Below are positions 47,955-58,000 of a stretch of 64,000 bases of DNA, one piece after another. How positions within the stretch are numbered: position 1 is the first letter of the stretch; every line of letters begins with the position of its first letter. The position numbers and the translations under genes are program-made. This DNA comes from Desulfomonilia bacterium (GTDB lineage: Bacteria; Desulfobacterota; Desulfomonilia; UBA1062). Where the stretch lies: the NCBI GenBank assembly GCA_050014195.1, contig JBEKDT010000002.1, positions 128,001-192,000 on the forward strand, written 5' to 3'. A model generated the notes under the pieces. It worked only from the letters and a program-made list of their open reading frames with translations. It was not told the DNA's origin and did no database searches.

Positions 47955-49103
47955 TTACATCATCATGATCCGAGACACGATCATGCGCATGATATCCGAA
48001 GTGCCGCCGCCTATGGCTGCAAGCTTGGAATCACGAAAATTTCTTTCTACCGGATATTCATGCATGAAGCCATACCCACCGAAAATCTGCACAGCATCCG
48101 ATGCCATCTCGAAGCCCCTGTCGCCGGCATAGACCTTGCTGACTGCCGCCTGAAGCGGGTTGAGCATCTGGCCCCTGTCCTTGGCAGAGGCGACCCGGTA
48201 AATAGCGAGCCTGGATGCCTCCACAAAGACTTTCATGTCCGCGACCCGGTGCTGAATGGCCTGGAAGCTCCTGATGGGCCGGTTAAATTGCTGCCGCTCA
48301 TTGGCATACCGGGCACACAGATCCAGGTTATAGAGCGCCGCACCCAGCATGGGCGAGAGCAGCGTGCAGCGGTCCCACTCCACCCCGGATAGGGCAATGA
48401 TCCAGCCCTTCCCTTCGCCGGCCAGCACATTCTCGGCCGGGACTTCACAGTCTTCAAAGAAAACCTCGGAAGTCGCTGAGCATTTGCACCCCATCTTATG
48501 AAAAGGCTTGCTTGTGGACAGCCCCGGAGTCCCTTTTTCTATGATGAAGGCCGTAATGCCTTCATGTTTTTTTGCCCGATCCACATTGGCAAACACTACA
48601 AAGACATCAGAGACGGGTGCGTTGGTAATGAAGGTCTTTGACCCGTTGAGGATATAGCGGTCTCCCTTTTTGGTCGCTGTGGTCCGGATGGATGCGGCAT
48701 CCGATCCTGCACCCGGCTCGGTCAGGCCCATACATCCGATCCACTCACCTTGTGCAAGTTTGGGGACGTACTTTTTTTTCTGCTCTTCGGTACCGAAATG
48801 AAAGATGTTATGCGCACACAGATAGGTATGGGCCCCCCAGGCAAGCAGGCTTCCGCCGTCAACACCCGCATGCCCCAATGCCTCTCCGGCCAGGCAGCAG
48901 GTGACGATGTCGGCCCCTGACCCTCCAAGCTCCTCGGGAAAAGGCAGCCCCAGTATCCCGAATTCCGCAAGCTTGCTCCAGATCTCGAAACTGAACTCTC
49001 CCTTGAGATCCGCCTCTTCGCAGAGAGGTGCTATCTCGTCCTTGGCATAGCGGAAGACGGAATCCCTGAACATCTTCTGTTCTTGAGTAAGATTAAATTC
49101 CAT
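47955..49103 (-). CDS. Acyl-CoA dehydrogenase
   Basis: LTEPGAGSD, GSKTFITN, RQQFNRPI and QIFGGYGF..IGGGTSD; ATG at 49103. Confidence 0.92.
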   Translation of the reverse strand: MEFNLTQEQKMFRDSVFRYAKDEIAPLCEEADLKGEFSFEIWSKLAEFGILGLPFPEELGGSGADIVTCCLAGEALGHAGVDGGSLLAWGAHTYLCAHNIFHFGTEEQKKKYVPKLAQGEWIGCMGLTEPGAGSDAASIRTTATKKGDRYILNGSKTFITNAPVSDVFVVFANVDRAKKHEGITAFIIEKGTPGLSTSKPFHKMGCKCSATSEVFFEDCEVPAENVLAGEGKGWIIALSGVEWDRCTLLSPMLGAALYNLDLCARYANERQQFNRPIRSFQAIQHRVADMKVFVEASRLAIYRVASAKDRGQMLNPLQAAVSKVYAGDRGFEMASDAVQIFGGYGFMHEYPVERNFRDSKLAAIGGGTSDIMRMIVSRIMMM

Positions 49104-49144
49104 AGGAGAACCCCTTTGATATTTATACTTAAAGTTAAAATTAC

Positions 49145-49310
49145 TACTATCAGTAATATTTAAACCACCGGTTAACTGCAATGTCAAGGCTATAACATAC
49201 CTGCACAGGCTATTTTGTCTGTTTTGTATAGGATCGGCCTGCAATTTTCTTGACATTCTCCATTGCCGATGTTTTATCTTTAACTGTTAGTAGTTTTTTT
49301 ACCTTTGGTT
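49145..49310. promoter_or_regulatory. Two pairs of putative TetR operators in the divergent promoter region
   Basis: WACY-N3-RGTW at 49145, 49163, 49282 and 49300, with 18-bp spacing within each pair. TTGACA boxes at 49187(-) and 49250(+). Confidence 0.6.
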
Positions 49311-49344
49311 TTATCAGCATGATTATAAAGGAAAGAGGTAGCGG

Positions 49345-50010
49345 ATGCACAGACATCGAGAGGTGATACAGAAAAGGAAAAAGAGAGAAAAGGACCAGCG
49401 CATCCAGGGGATTCTCTCTGCAGCTAAACAGGTCTTCTTCTCAAAAGGCTACCAGAGAACCACCATGGATGAAGTCGCCTTTGAGGCTGAGGTCAGCAAA
49501 CCCACAATATATCAGTACTTCAGGACAAAAGACGAGCTCTATTCGGCACTCATGCTTCCCTTTCTTGAAGAATTCGGCTCCCACTTTGAGCGCATTGGCA
49601 AGAAGCTCGATGCAAATCGCTATACTACAGGCAAAACCCTTGTGAAAGATTTTTTCAGGGCCTTCCTCAAGAGCTATGAGGCCGCCCCTGATTCCCTCAG
49701 GGTGGCCAATACATTTTTTCAGCATGCAGATCTCATCAATGCACTCAATCAGGACACACGTGACGCCATCAGCAATAAAGGTCGGTATGATTTCGAGCTG
49801 GCCAGGGGGATATTGGAAACGGCCATCGACAAAGGTCTTATCAAAAAAATCAACCCCTATGCCCTTTCCGACATTATCTGGGGTCTGCTGCTTGGGATTA
49901 CTCAGGTCATGGACATGAAGGCAACGAAACATGCAGATGCAAGTAAATACCTTAAGACAACACTTGCAGAGGCAGAGAAGCTCATCTCAGATGCTATTGT
50001 CCTCAAATAG
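49345..50010 (+). CDS. TetR/AcrR-family regulator (AtuR-like position)
   Basis: ILSAAKQVF..GY..TTMDEVA..VSKPTIYQYF.TKDEL HTH; divergent from the catabolic cluster. Confidence 0.93.
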   Translation: MHRHREVIQKRKKREKDQRIQGILSAAKQVFFSKGYQRTTMDEVAFEAEVSKPTIYQYFRTKDELYSALMLPFLEEFGSHFERIGKKLDANRYTTGKTLVKDFFRAFLKSYEAAPDSLRVANTFFQHADLINALNQDTRDAISNKGRYDFELARGILETAIDKGLIKKINPYALSDIIWGLLLGITQVMDMKATKHADASKYLKTTLAEAEKLISDAIVLK

Positions 50011-50130
50011 GTGATGGTGGGTTATGCTTCATGCCCCATCCTTGACGGGGTCTACGGAAATATTGTTTAGGGTTTGAACACTCACCCCAACTCGATTTGC
50101 ATCCTTCAATCACTATTCACCAATCACCGG

Positions 50131-51576
50131 CTACGGTTCAAACTTGGCATCAGGGCATTCGGTGCAGATTGGAGGTATCGGGCTCATGGCAACATGCTCC
50201 TCAATGACCCGCATGGTTTTCCATTTACCCTGGAGGAAACGGCCGAAAAAGGCAAACCCCAGTACGATTACATAGATCGTGACGATGGTCCACCCTGCCA
50301 TCAACCCATACCCCAGGGCCACTATGGACACGTAGGTGGGGATGACGAGCACAAAGGCCGAGACCAGCACGATCATGTACATTACGAAGCGCGTGTCGCC
50401 CGCGCCCTTGATGGCTGAGGCGAAGATGACATTCATCGTGTCGAACACGGAATAGAAGGCCACGAATCTGAGCAGTATGATGGTGAGGCGCTCGATATCG
50501 GCATATTCCCCTGCATGGGTCTGGGCTGCAAAGGGTGCCACAAAGACATGCGGCACCGTTACGAACAGTACAGCAATAGTGCACATATAGATAAAGGTCA
50601 TGCCGAATCCGGAATAAACACTCCTGGCAGCGAGGTCGGGCCTGTTTTTACCAAGGTACTGCCCCACGAGCACTGAGACTGCGATGCCGAAACCGATCAT
50701 GGGCATGAATGCCAGCGTGTTGATGTTGAAGGCGATATTTGTTGCCGCAAGGCTCACCGTCCCGAGGCGTCCTAATATAAGAACGAAAGCCGTAAACCCG
50801 GCCATATCGAGGAAAAACTGTACCCCGGCCGGGACCCCGAACTTCAGCAGGCGCACGAAGAGTTCTCTGTCGGGTCTCCAGCCTGACAGGGTATGATATA
50901 TGCTGTCATACGAGGGGCGTAAAATGAGCGCAACATATGCAAAGAAGGAAAAGAACGCTGAGATGACCGTGGCAATGGCCGCACCCTTCATCCCCATCTC
51001 GGCAAATCCCCATTTCCCGAAGATGAGCACATAATCAAGCACAATAGTGACAAGGGTGGAAAGCACATCCACCAACATGATCGGCCAGGTCTTTCCTCTG
51101 CCCGAAAAGAACCCGGCCAGGGAAGCCGATGCGATCACCGGGCCCCCCCCGATGCAGAGATACTGAAAATAGACTACCTCATTTTCACGAACCGCAGGAT
51201 CATGCCCCACAAAGGTGAAGATGGGTCCGGCAAGGGGGATCAAGCCCAGGATGAAGACTCCGCCGGCCAGCGACATGTATATACCTTGCCACAGTGCCGG
51301 GCCGATCCTGTGTGGCATACCGGCACCATGATACTGAGCCACGAATGTACTCACATAACTGGCAGTTCCAATGAAGAAACTCATGACCGTATAGTTCAAA
51401 ATACCTGCAGGCATGGCGGCTGCAATGGCCTCGGGCGAGTACCAGGCGAGGAACATCCGGTCCACGAAGTGCTGGATGGACCATGACCCGGTGCTGAGCA
51501 CGAGCGGGAAGGCCAAGACAAGCACCTCGCGTATTCCCGCTTGGCCGGACCATCTTTCTTTGAAAAATCCCCCCAT
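50131..51576 (-). CDS. MATE-family efflux transporter
   Basis: 12 TM helices, LAFPL, FVDRMF, LVGQYLG and GAGDT; ATG at 51576. Confidence 0.92.
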   Translation of the reverse strand: MGGFFKERWSGQAGIREVLVLAFPLVLSTGSWSIQHFVDRMFLAWYSPEAIAAAMPAGILNYTVMSFFIGTASYVSTFVAQYHGAGMPHRIGPALWQGIYMSLAGGVFILGLIPLAGPIFTFVGHDPAVRENEVVYFQYLCIGGGPVIASASLAGFFSGRGKTWPIMLVDVLSTLVTIVLDYVLIFGKWGFAEMGMKGAAIATVISAFFSFFAYVALILRPSYDSIYHTLSGWRPDRELFVRLLKFGVPAGVQFFLDMAGFTAFVLILGRLGTVSLAATNIAFNINTLAFMPMIGFGIAVSVLVGQYLGKNRPDLAARSVYSGFGMTFIYMCTIAVLFVTVPHVFVAPFAAQTHAGEYADIERLTIILLRFVAFYSVFDTMNVIFASAIKGAGDTRFVMYMIVLVSAFVLVIPTYVSIVALGYGLMAGWTIVTIYVIVLGFAFFGRFLQGKWKTMRVIEEHVAMSPIPPICTECPDAKFEP

Positions 51577-51770
51577 ATGAGCCCCTGTCTTAAAAATGTC
51601 GGCTTGAAGTCCAACGTCATAGCACGATGATCGTCTCAATGAAAACAGCCTTGCATCGATTGGGTCTTGATTCGTGCCATTCAATCAACTACAAAAGAAA
51701 CGTTTTTCCATGCATGCCCATCAATACTATCGGGCTGTCATGAAAAATGAACCCCTTTAGGAGGTTGATC

Positions 51771-52004
51771 ATGTCCGTGAGTTTTGAACAGGTGGAAAAG
51801 GCGCTCGAAAAGACCCGCACCGTTTTGAAGGGTGACGGTGGTGATGTAGAGCTTGTGGATGTCACTACAGACGGTATTGTCCAGGTGCGGCTTAAGGGCG
51901 CATGTAACGGATGCCCCATGGCAACCATGACGCTGAAATCCCTCATCGAGCGTGTACTCAAAAAAGAGGTGCCCGAGGTCAAGGAAGTGAAGGCTGTTGC
52001 TTAG
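51771..52004 (+). CDS. NifU C-terminal (Nfu) domain protein
   Basis: DGGDVELV..LKGACNGCP; AGGAGG RBS. Confidence 0.92.
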   Translation: MSVSFEQVEKALEKTRTVLKGDGGDVELVDVTTDGIVQVRLKGACNGCPMATMTLKSLIERVLKKEVPEVKEVKAVA

Positions 52005-52050
52005 TTACAAGTGATCAGTGACTTGCAAGTGACTAGTGAATAAGGAACTG

Positions 52051-53052
52051 ATGAATTACAACAGCTTCCCCAGAACCGGATCCATCCGGGCCCTTACGGT
52101 TCCCCTTCCCGGCTTCCCCGATCTTATCTGTTCCAACATGTTTGTGCTGGGGAATGGGCCTGTAACCCTTATCGACACTGCCCCGAAATTTCCGGGTTCG
52201 CTTTATACCCTGGAGAAGCAGTTGAATGAAACAGGCCTCACCTGGAAAGACGTGGAGCGTATCATCATCACCCACGGCCATATCGACCACTTCGGCCTTG
52301 TGGGCCAGGTCCGCAGCGCATCCGGTCATGACATCCCCTGTTACATCCATGAAGACGACCTATGGAGGCTCGCAGGCGATTATATCAGAAACGGCATGTG
52401 GAGTGAGGAAGCCGAAGGTTTCTATGCAAAGGTAGGCATGCCTGCACAGACAGTAGAGCGGATGAAGCGACGCTCTCTCTTTTTTAAAAACCTCTGCGAT
52501 CCTGTGGATGATGCAATCCCCATGAAGGATGGTGATATCTTCAGCGGAGACGGTTTCGAGCTTTCGGTCATCCACACCCCCGGTCATTCACCGGGATGCT
52601 GCTGCCTGCACGAAAGGCACAGCCGCATCCTGTTCAGCGGTGATCACCTCCTCAAACATATCACCCCCAACCCTTTCCACGAGGTGAGCCGTTCCCGCCT
52701 GAAAGACCCCTCTTACAAGAGCCTCCAGGCATATATGGAATCGCTTAAGAGGCTTGAAAATCTCGATGTAAGCTATGTCTTCCCTGCACATGGAGAGTAT
52801 ATCAACCACATGGGGACACTCATCGAGGGATATCGGAAGCATCACGAGCAGCGAACTGAAGAAATATGGCACGTCTTGAATAAGCAAGTAAGTTCAATCT
52901 ATGGAATCATGCCCGATGTATTTCCGGGCGTCGAGGAATCCGAGGCATTCCTTGCCGTCTCCGAGATCCTTGTCCACCTGGAAATGCTCATTGATGAAGG
53001 CAGGGCTGAGCTTGTTGATGAGGGACAACCTGCACTCTTCCGCGCCATCTGA
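52051..53052 (+). CDS. MBL-fold metallo-hydrolase
   Basis: THGHIDH, TPGHSPG, SGDH..ITPN and PAHG. Confidence 0.9.
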   Translation: MNYNSFPRTGSIRALTVPLPGFPDLICSNMFVLGNGPVTLIDTAPKFPGSLYTLEKQLNETGLTWKDVERIIITHGHIDHFGLVGQVRSASGHDIPCYIHEDDLWRLAGDYIRNGMWSEEAEGFYAKVGMPAQTVERMKRRSLFFKNLCDPVDDAIPMKDGDIFSGDGFELSVIHTPGHSPGCCCLHERHSRILFSGDHLLKHITPNPFHEVSRSRLKDPSYKSLQAYMESLKRLENLDVSYVFPAHGEYINHMGTLIEGYRKHHEQRTEEIWHVLNKQVSSIYGIMPDVFPGVEESEAFLAVSEILVHLEMLIDEGRAELVDEGQPALFRAI

Positions 53053-53159
53053 ACCTTTCAAAAAGATTTCAATTATAGTAAAGATCCATTCCAAGCCTTG
53101 ATGTAACTGGGAAAATGATCAATATATGTTTCTAAAGGAGGGCGCTGGAAGTATTTGCT

Positions 53160-53771
53160 ATGCTTACAATTCCCGAACAAACTCATAATATCATAGAAGG
53201 CTGGATTCAACCCCGCAGCCGGGTGTTGGACCTGGGCTGTGGAGACGGCACGCTGCTGAACGACCTCATTGAGAAGAAGCAGGTGGACGGCATCGGCGTA
53301 GAGATTTCACAGGATATGATCGTGAAGTGCCTGGGTAAAGGCATCAGCGTCTACCAGGCGGACATCGACCGAGGGCTTTCCCAATGGGACGAACTCAGCT
53401 TTGACTACGTTGTCCTGAACGCCACCCTGCAGGTGATCCACCGGCCCGTGAGCGTGATCAACGAAATGCTCAGGGTGGGCAGGTGCGCCGTTATCTCGGT
53501 GTCCAACTTCGGCTATTGGGAGAACAGGGTAAGGATTCTCCTTAAGGGCTGCATCACCAACGAGATGAGGCTCACCGGCAGTTGGCATGATACACCGGTG
53601 ATTCGGTTCGTCTGTCTTTCCGAGTTCAGAAGTTTCCTTTATGACATGGGTGTTGAAGTGCTTGATGCCAGGTTCTTCCTGCCCTTTGACATCGCGGTAA
53701 TGAAAACCAGGACACCCCTGGATAACCTCCTTGTAAAAGAGGCTATCTTCATGCTGGGACGTGGTAAATAA
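53160..53771 (+). CDS. metW: Methionine biosynthesis protein MetW
   Basis: VLDLGCGDG, FDYVVL.ATLQ, EMLRVG, NFGYW and WHDTP; adjacent to metX. Confidence 0.88.
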   Translation: MLTIPEQTHNIIEGWIQPRSRVLDLGCGDGTLLNDLIEKKQVDGIGVEISQDMIVKCLGKGISVYQADIDRGLSQWDELSFDYVVLNATLQVIHRPVSVINEMLRVGRCAVISVSNFGYWENRVRILLKGCITNEMRLTGSWHDTPVIRFVCLSEFRSFLYDMGVEVLDARFFLPFDIAVMKTRTPLDNLLVKEAIFMLGRGK

Positions 53772-53773
53772 GC

Positions 53774-54907
53774 GTGGAGAACATTGTAGAGACCAGCATT
53801 CTGCACATCGACAGGCCCTTCAGGTTGGAGTCCGGCGAAATGCTTCCAGGCCTGGATATCGCATACGAGGCCTATGGAAAGCTTAATGAGGCAAGAGATA
53901 ATGCCATCCTCATCGAGCATGCCCTTTCAGGAAACTCCCATGCTGCATTCTATCACAAGGGAGAGACAAAACCGGGGTGGTGGGATGTCATGATCGGTCC
54001 GGGCAAGGCCTTTGATACGGACAAATACTTCGTGATCTGCTCCAATGTCATCAGCGGCTGCAATGGCACCACCGGCCCTTCCTCAGTCAACCCGGCTACG
54101 GGCATGCCCTATGCGCTGACATTCCCGCCGGTCACCATGCGTGATATGGTGGAGGTGCAGCGGCTTCTTCTCGGACATCTCGGCATTGAACGTCTCAAGA
54201 GTATCGTGGGAGGCTCCATGGGCGGAATGCAGACCATGCAGTTCTTTTGCGACTACCCCTCTATCTTTGACTCATTTATCTGCATAGCATCAACCATGCG
54301 GCATTCCGCACAACAGATCGCCTTTAATGAAGTGGGCAGAAGGGCTATCATGGCGGACCCGAGGTGGAACGGGGGGAACTATTATAATGAGGTCCCGCCG
54401 GAGGGCGGGCTTTCAGTGGCACGGATGATCGGCCACATTACCTATATTTCGGAGAAGATGATGCAGGAAAAGTTCGGCAGACTCCGTAAGGGTAAAGATT
54501 CTAAAGCTGTTTTCAGACCTTCTTTCGAGGTGGAGCACTACCTGGACTATCAGGGCATTTCCTTTGTCCGTAGGTTCGATGCAAACAGCTACCTTTACAT
54601 TACCTCAGCCATCGACAACTTTGATCTTGTCTCCTCCATCAGCGGCACCACACGGTTCAGGGGGGATAATCGTGCCCGGGGAAAGGGTCTGGACACATTG
54701 AGGAAAAAGAAAGGCCTCGTTATCTCATTTACCTCGGACTGGCTCTATCCATCTCAGCAGGCTCAAGACATTGTTCGATTCTTCTCCGGGTTGAACGTGC
54801 GGGTTTCATATACCGAGATTGAAACCGACCACGGCCATGACGCTTTTCTTACAGACTACGTGCAAGTTTCCGTAATGGTTAAAAGTTTTCTAGACTCACT
54901 GAGCTAA
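53774..54907 (+). CDS. metX: Homoserine O-acetyltransferase
   Basis: HALSG, GWWD..IGPG, GGSMGG, RFDANSY and HGHDAFL. Confidence 0.93.
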   Translation: MENIVETSILHIDRPFRLESGEMLPGLDIAYEAYGKLNEARDNAILIEHALSGNSHAAFYHKGETKPGWWDVMIGPGKAFDTDKYFVICSNVISGCNGTTGPSSVNPATGMPYALTFPPVTMRDMVEVQRLLLGHLGIERLKSIVGGSMGGMQTMQFFCDYPSIFDSFICIASTMRHSAQQIAFNEVGRRAIMADPRWNGGNYYNEVPPEGGLSVARMIGHITYISEKMMQEKFGRLRKGKDSKAVFRPSFEVEHYLDYQGISFVRRFDANSYLYITSAIDNFDLVSSISGTTRFRGDNRARGKGLDTLRKKKGLVISFTSDWLYPSQQAQDIVRFFSGLNVRVSYTEIETDHGHDAFLTDYVQVSVMVKSFLDSLS

Positions 54908-55053
54908 TCCCATAAGATCTTTAATATCATCTCAAGTTACCCCCCTAAAAATAACGATAATTCCGTTAAGAGACCATTTCGGGGGATCACTGTACACTCG
55001 ATGAAGGATAGAGCGATGTTGCCGACCAAAGAAAAAATGAGAGAACTATAGGG

Positions 55054-58000
55054 ATGATCTATTCCTTCCTCACACATCAAATAGACTACCTTGCCTTCAT
55101 AACTGCCTTTTCACTGATGACCACCGGGATTGTGTTTCTCTTCCTTTCCATTGAGCACAAAGGCAGGCTGCCTTGGATATGGCCGGCTATGTTCGGACTG
55201 CTCCAGAGCATATACTGTCTCCTGACCATGCTTTCACTGAGCCTTCCCGACACGATTGTGTTACAGGCGGCTCAACCGGTAATTTATATACTCTCTTTCC
55301 TTGCCCTGGCCGAGTTCTCCCGCCGCTCCATGAGAATCCAGGCAGGCCATAATCCTGGAATATTGATATATATAGCACTACTCATTCCGGTCATGGTATC
55401 CGGAATATTCTCTTTGAGCTGTTTTGAGGCAGCCTGTTACCTCGCTTTTGCACTGCCCTCAGGCTTCCTGGCGGCCCTCATTCTCTGGAAGGAAAGGAGT
55501 ACAGGGCTGGAAACCCCGGCCGGGAAACGGCTTGGTCTGGCGAGCATATGCCTGCTCACCTATACCCTTATTATAATCATCATCGGGTCGGATACAGGCT
55601 TCTCCTTTGTCACTTTATTCATACCGGATGCCTATAATGGCATCTTAACATTTATTCTCCACCTTGGTCTTGCCATATCCTCGTTTGTCATGTTCATAGC
55701 ATTCACCCTATTCTTCTCATCGCTGAGCGAGAATTCTGAACAAACAGAAAAACATCTGCCGGTCACGAAATGGTTTGTATGGGCAATTGGATTTGTTTTG
55801 GTTGCAGGTTGGTTATTCACTGAGTGGACAGGCACACTTGAAGATAATACCCAGCGCAAAATTATCCTTACCCAGGCACGCATAGCTTCAAAGGCCATTG
55901 ACATACCCGCTCTGTTAACGCTTACCGGCAGTTCCGAGGACCTCGCCATACCTGGATACATACATATAAAATCACATCTCATGGGTATTCACAGCGCCAA
56001 TCCTTTGTATCGTTTTGTCTATCTCATGGGGAGGAAAGGCAAGAAAGTCTTTTTCTACGCAGACTCAGAGCTTCCTGATTCGAAAGACTATTCCCCTCCG
56101 GGCCAGCCCTATGAAGAATCCAAGGATGAATTCTTGCAGACATTCGATCCGGGTAATGAGATCACGGAAGGTCCCTTGAGTGATGAATGGGGAACCTGGA
56201 TAAGCACCTCCATACCGGTCAAAGATCCACAATCGGGCAAAGTCCTCGCCGTTCTTGGGATTGATGTCAACGCATCGACCTGGATGAGAAAAATCTATGC
56301 AGCCAGGAGGCAGCCCATCCTTGCGACAATGATCATAACACTGCTTGTGTTGGCCTTTGCCATAGATCGCAGGAGATCAAGGCTCTACCATCTCAAGGTC
56401 GTTCAGTCCGAGCAAAGGTTGCGCTATGCCATGGACGCAATGAGCGAAGGTGTATGGGACTGGGACATAAGGACAGGCAAGATCGATTACAACAAGCATT
56501 GGGTGGCAACGCTGGGTTATTCCTTTGAAGAGATCCCCTTGCTCGGTGATATCCGGAAAAGCATCATCCATCCCGATGACCTTCCCGTTGTAACGGAGTC
56601 CCTTGAAGCATACCTTCTGGGGAGAACACCCATTTACGAATGTGAGGCCCGCCTGAAAACAGCGACGGGTGAATACCGGTACATCCTGGACCGGGGCAAG
56701 GTAGTGGAAAAGGATGCTGAAGGGGCGCCTATCCGGATGGTCGGGACCTTTACGGACATCACGTTGCGCAAAAAGATTGAACAGGACCGCAGGAGGAGCG
56801 AGGAGCAGTATCGGCAGCTGGTGGAAAACGCCAGTGATGTAATTGTTGAGACCGATGCTTCGGGATATATCCAATTCATCAATCCTGCCTGCGAGAGACT
56901 CATAGGTTACACAACCGATGAATGTGTGGGAAAACACTACCTGGATTTTATCCGGTCCGATTTCCATAAAGAATTTGCCAGGGCAACAGGCCGTCAGTTC
57001 GTGAAAAAAACCCCAAGTATTTATTTCGAGGCTGCCCTTATAAGAAAAGACGGGGGCGAGGTCTGGATCGGGCAGAATATAAAGCTTCTCCGCGATGGCG
57101 ATACCCCCTTGGGGTTCCATGCAGTAGCCCGCGATATCACGGAAATAAGACGGGCAGAGGATGCCTTAAGAAAAAGCGAGGAACAGTATCGCCAGCTCGT
57201 GGAAAATGCCAGCGACATAATCTATGAGACCGATGCCTCGGGGTACTTCCGGTACCTCAATCCTGCGGCTGAGAAGAACTGCGGATACTCCATCAACGAG
57301 TTCATCGGCAAACACTATATGGATTTTATCCCGAAGCGATATCACAATGAACTTGCAAGGCTGGTGGGCCGGCAGTTTGTAAAAAAGATCCCGACCATAT
57401 CCCATGAAATCCCCATGATCACCAAGGACGGCCGCGAGGTCTGGCTCTGGCAGAGTGTGAGTCTTATCTTTGATAATGATACAGATACCGTCACAGGTTT
57501 CCGTGTTGTTGCCCGTGACATCACCGAGAAGAAACAGGCCGAGGATGCCCTCAAGGAGAGTGAAGAACGCCTCCATGCGGTGTTCGACCACGTCCAGGCC
57601 GGAATCATCCTGATAGATCCAGCAACACATACCATAATAAGCACGAACAAGATGGCAGCGGATCTGTGCGGCACAACCCCTGAACAGATGACAGGACGTA
57701 TATGCCATGATCAAATCTGCCCTGCCGTTAAAGGAGAATGCCCCATTACCGACCTCGAGCAGACTGTTGATAATGATGAACGTACATTGCTGACCCTTGA
57801 TGGAAGGAGGATCCCCATCCTCAAGACCGTGATAAATGTCTCCATCGGAGGGAAGGCATATCTGCTGGAGAGCTTCATCGATATCACGGCCAGGAAACGG
57901 GCAGAAGAGGCCTTGCTCCAATCCAAGGAGGAACTGGAAAAAACCAACAAGCTTCTGGAACAGGCCAATCTTCTCGGTATCGAGATGACTATCAAGGCCG

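Noticed and set aside
54932-54960. sigma28-like promoter TCAAG-N16-AACGATAA before the hybrid kinase
   Set aside because: The spacing is one base longer and both boxes are weaker than in the other four sites.
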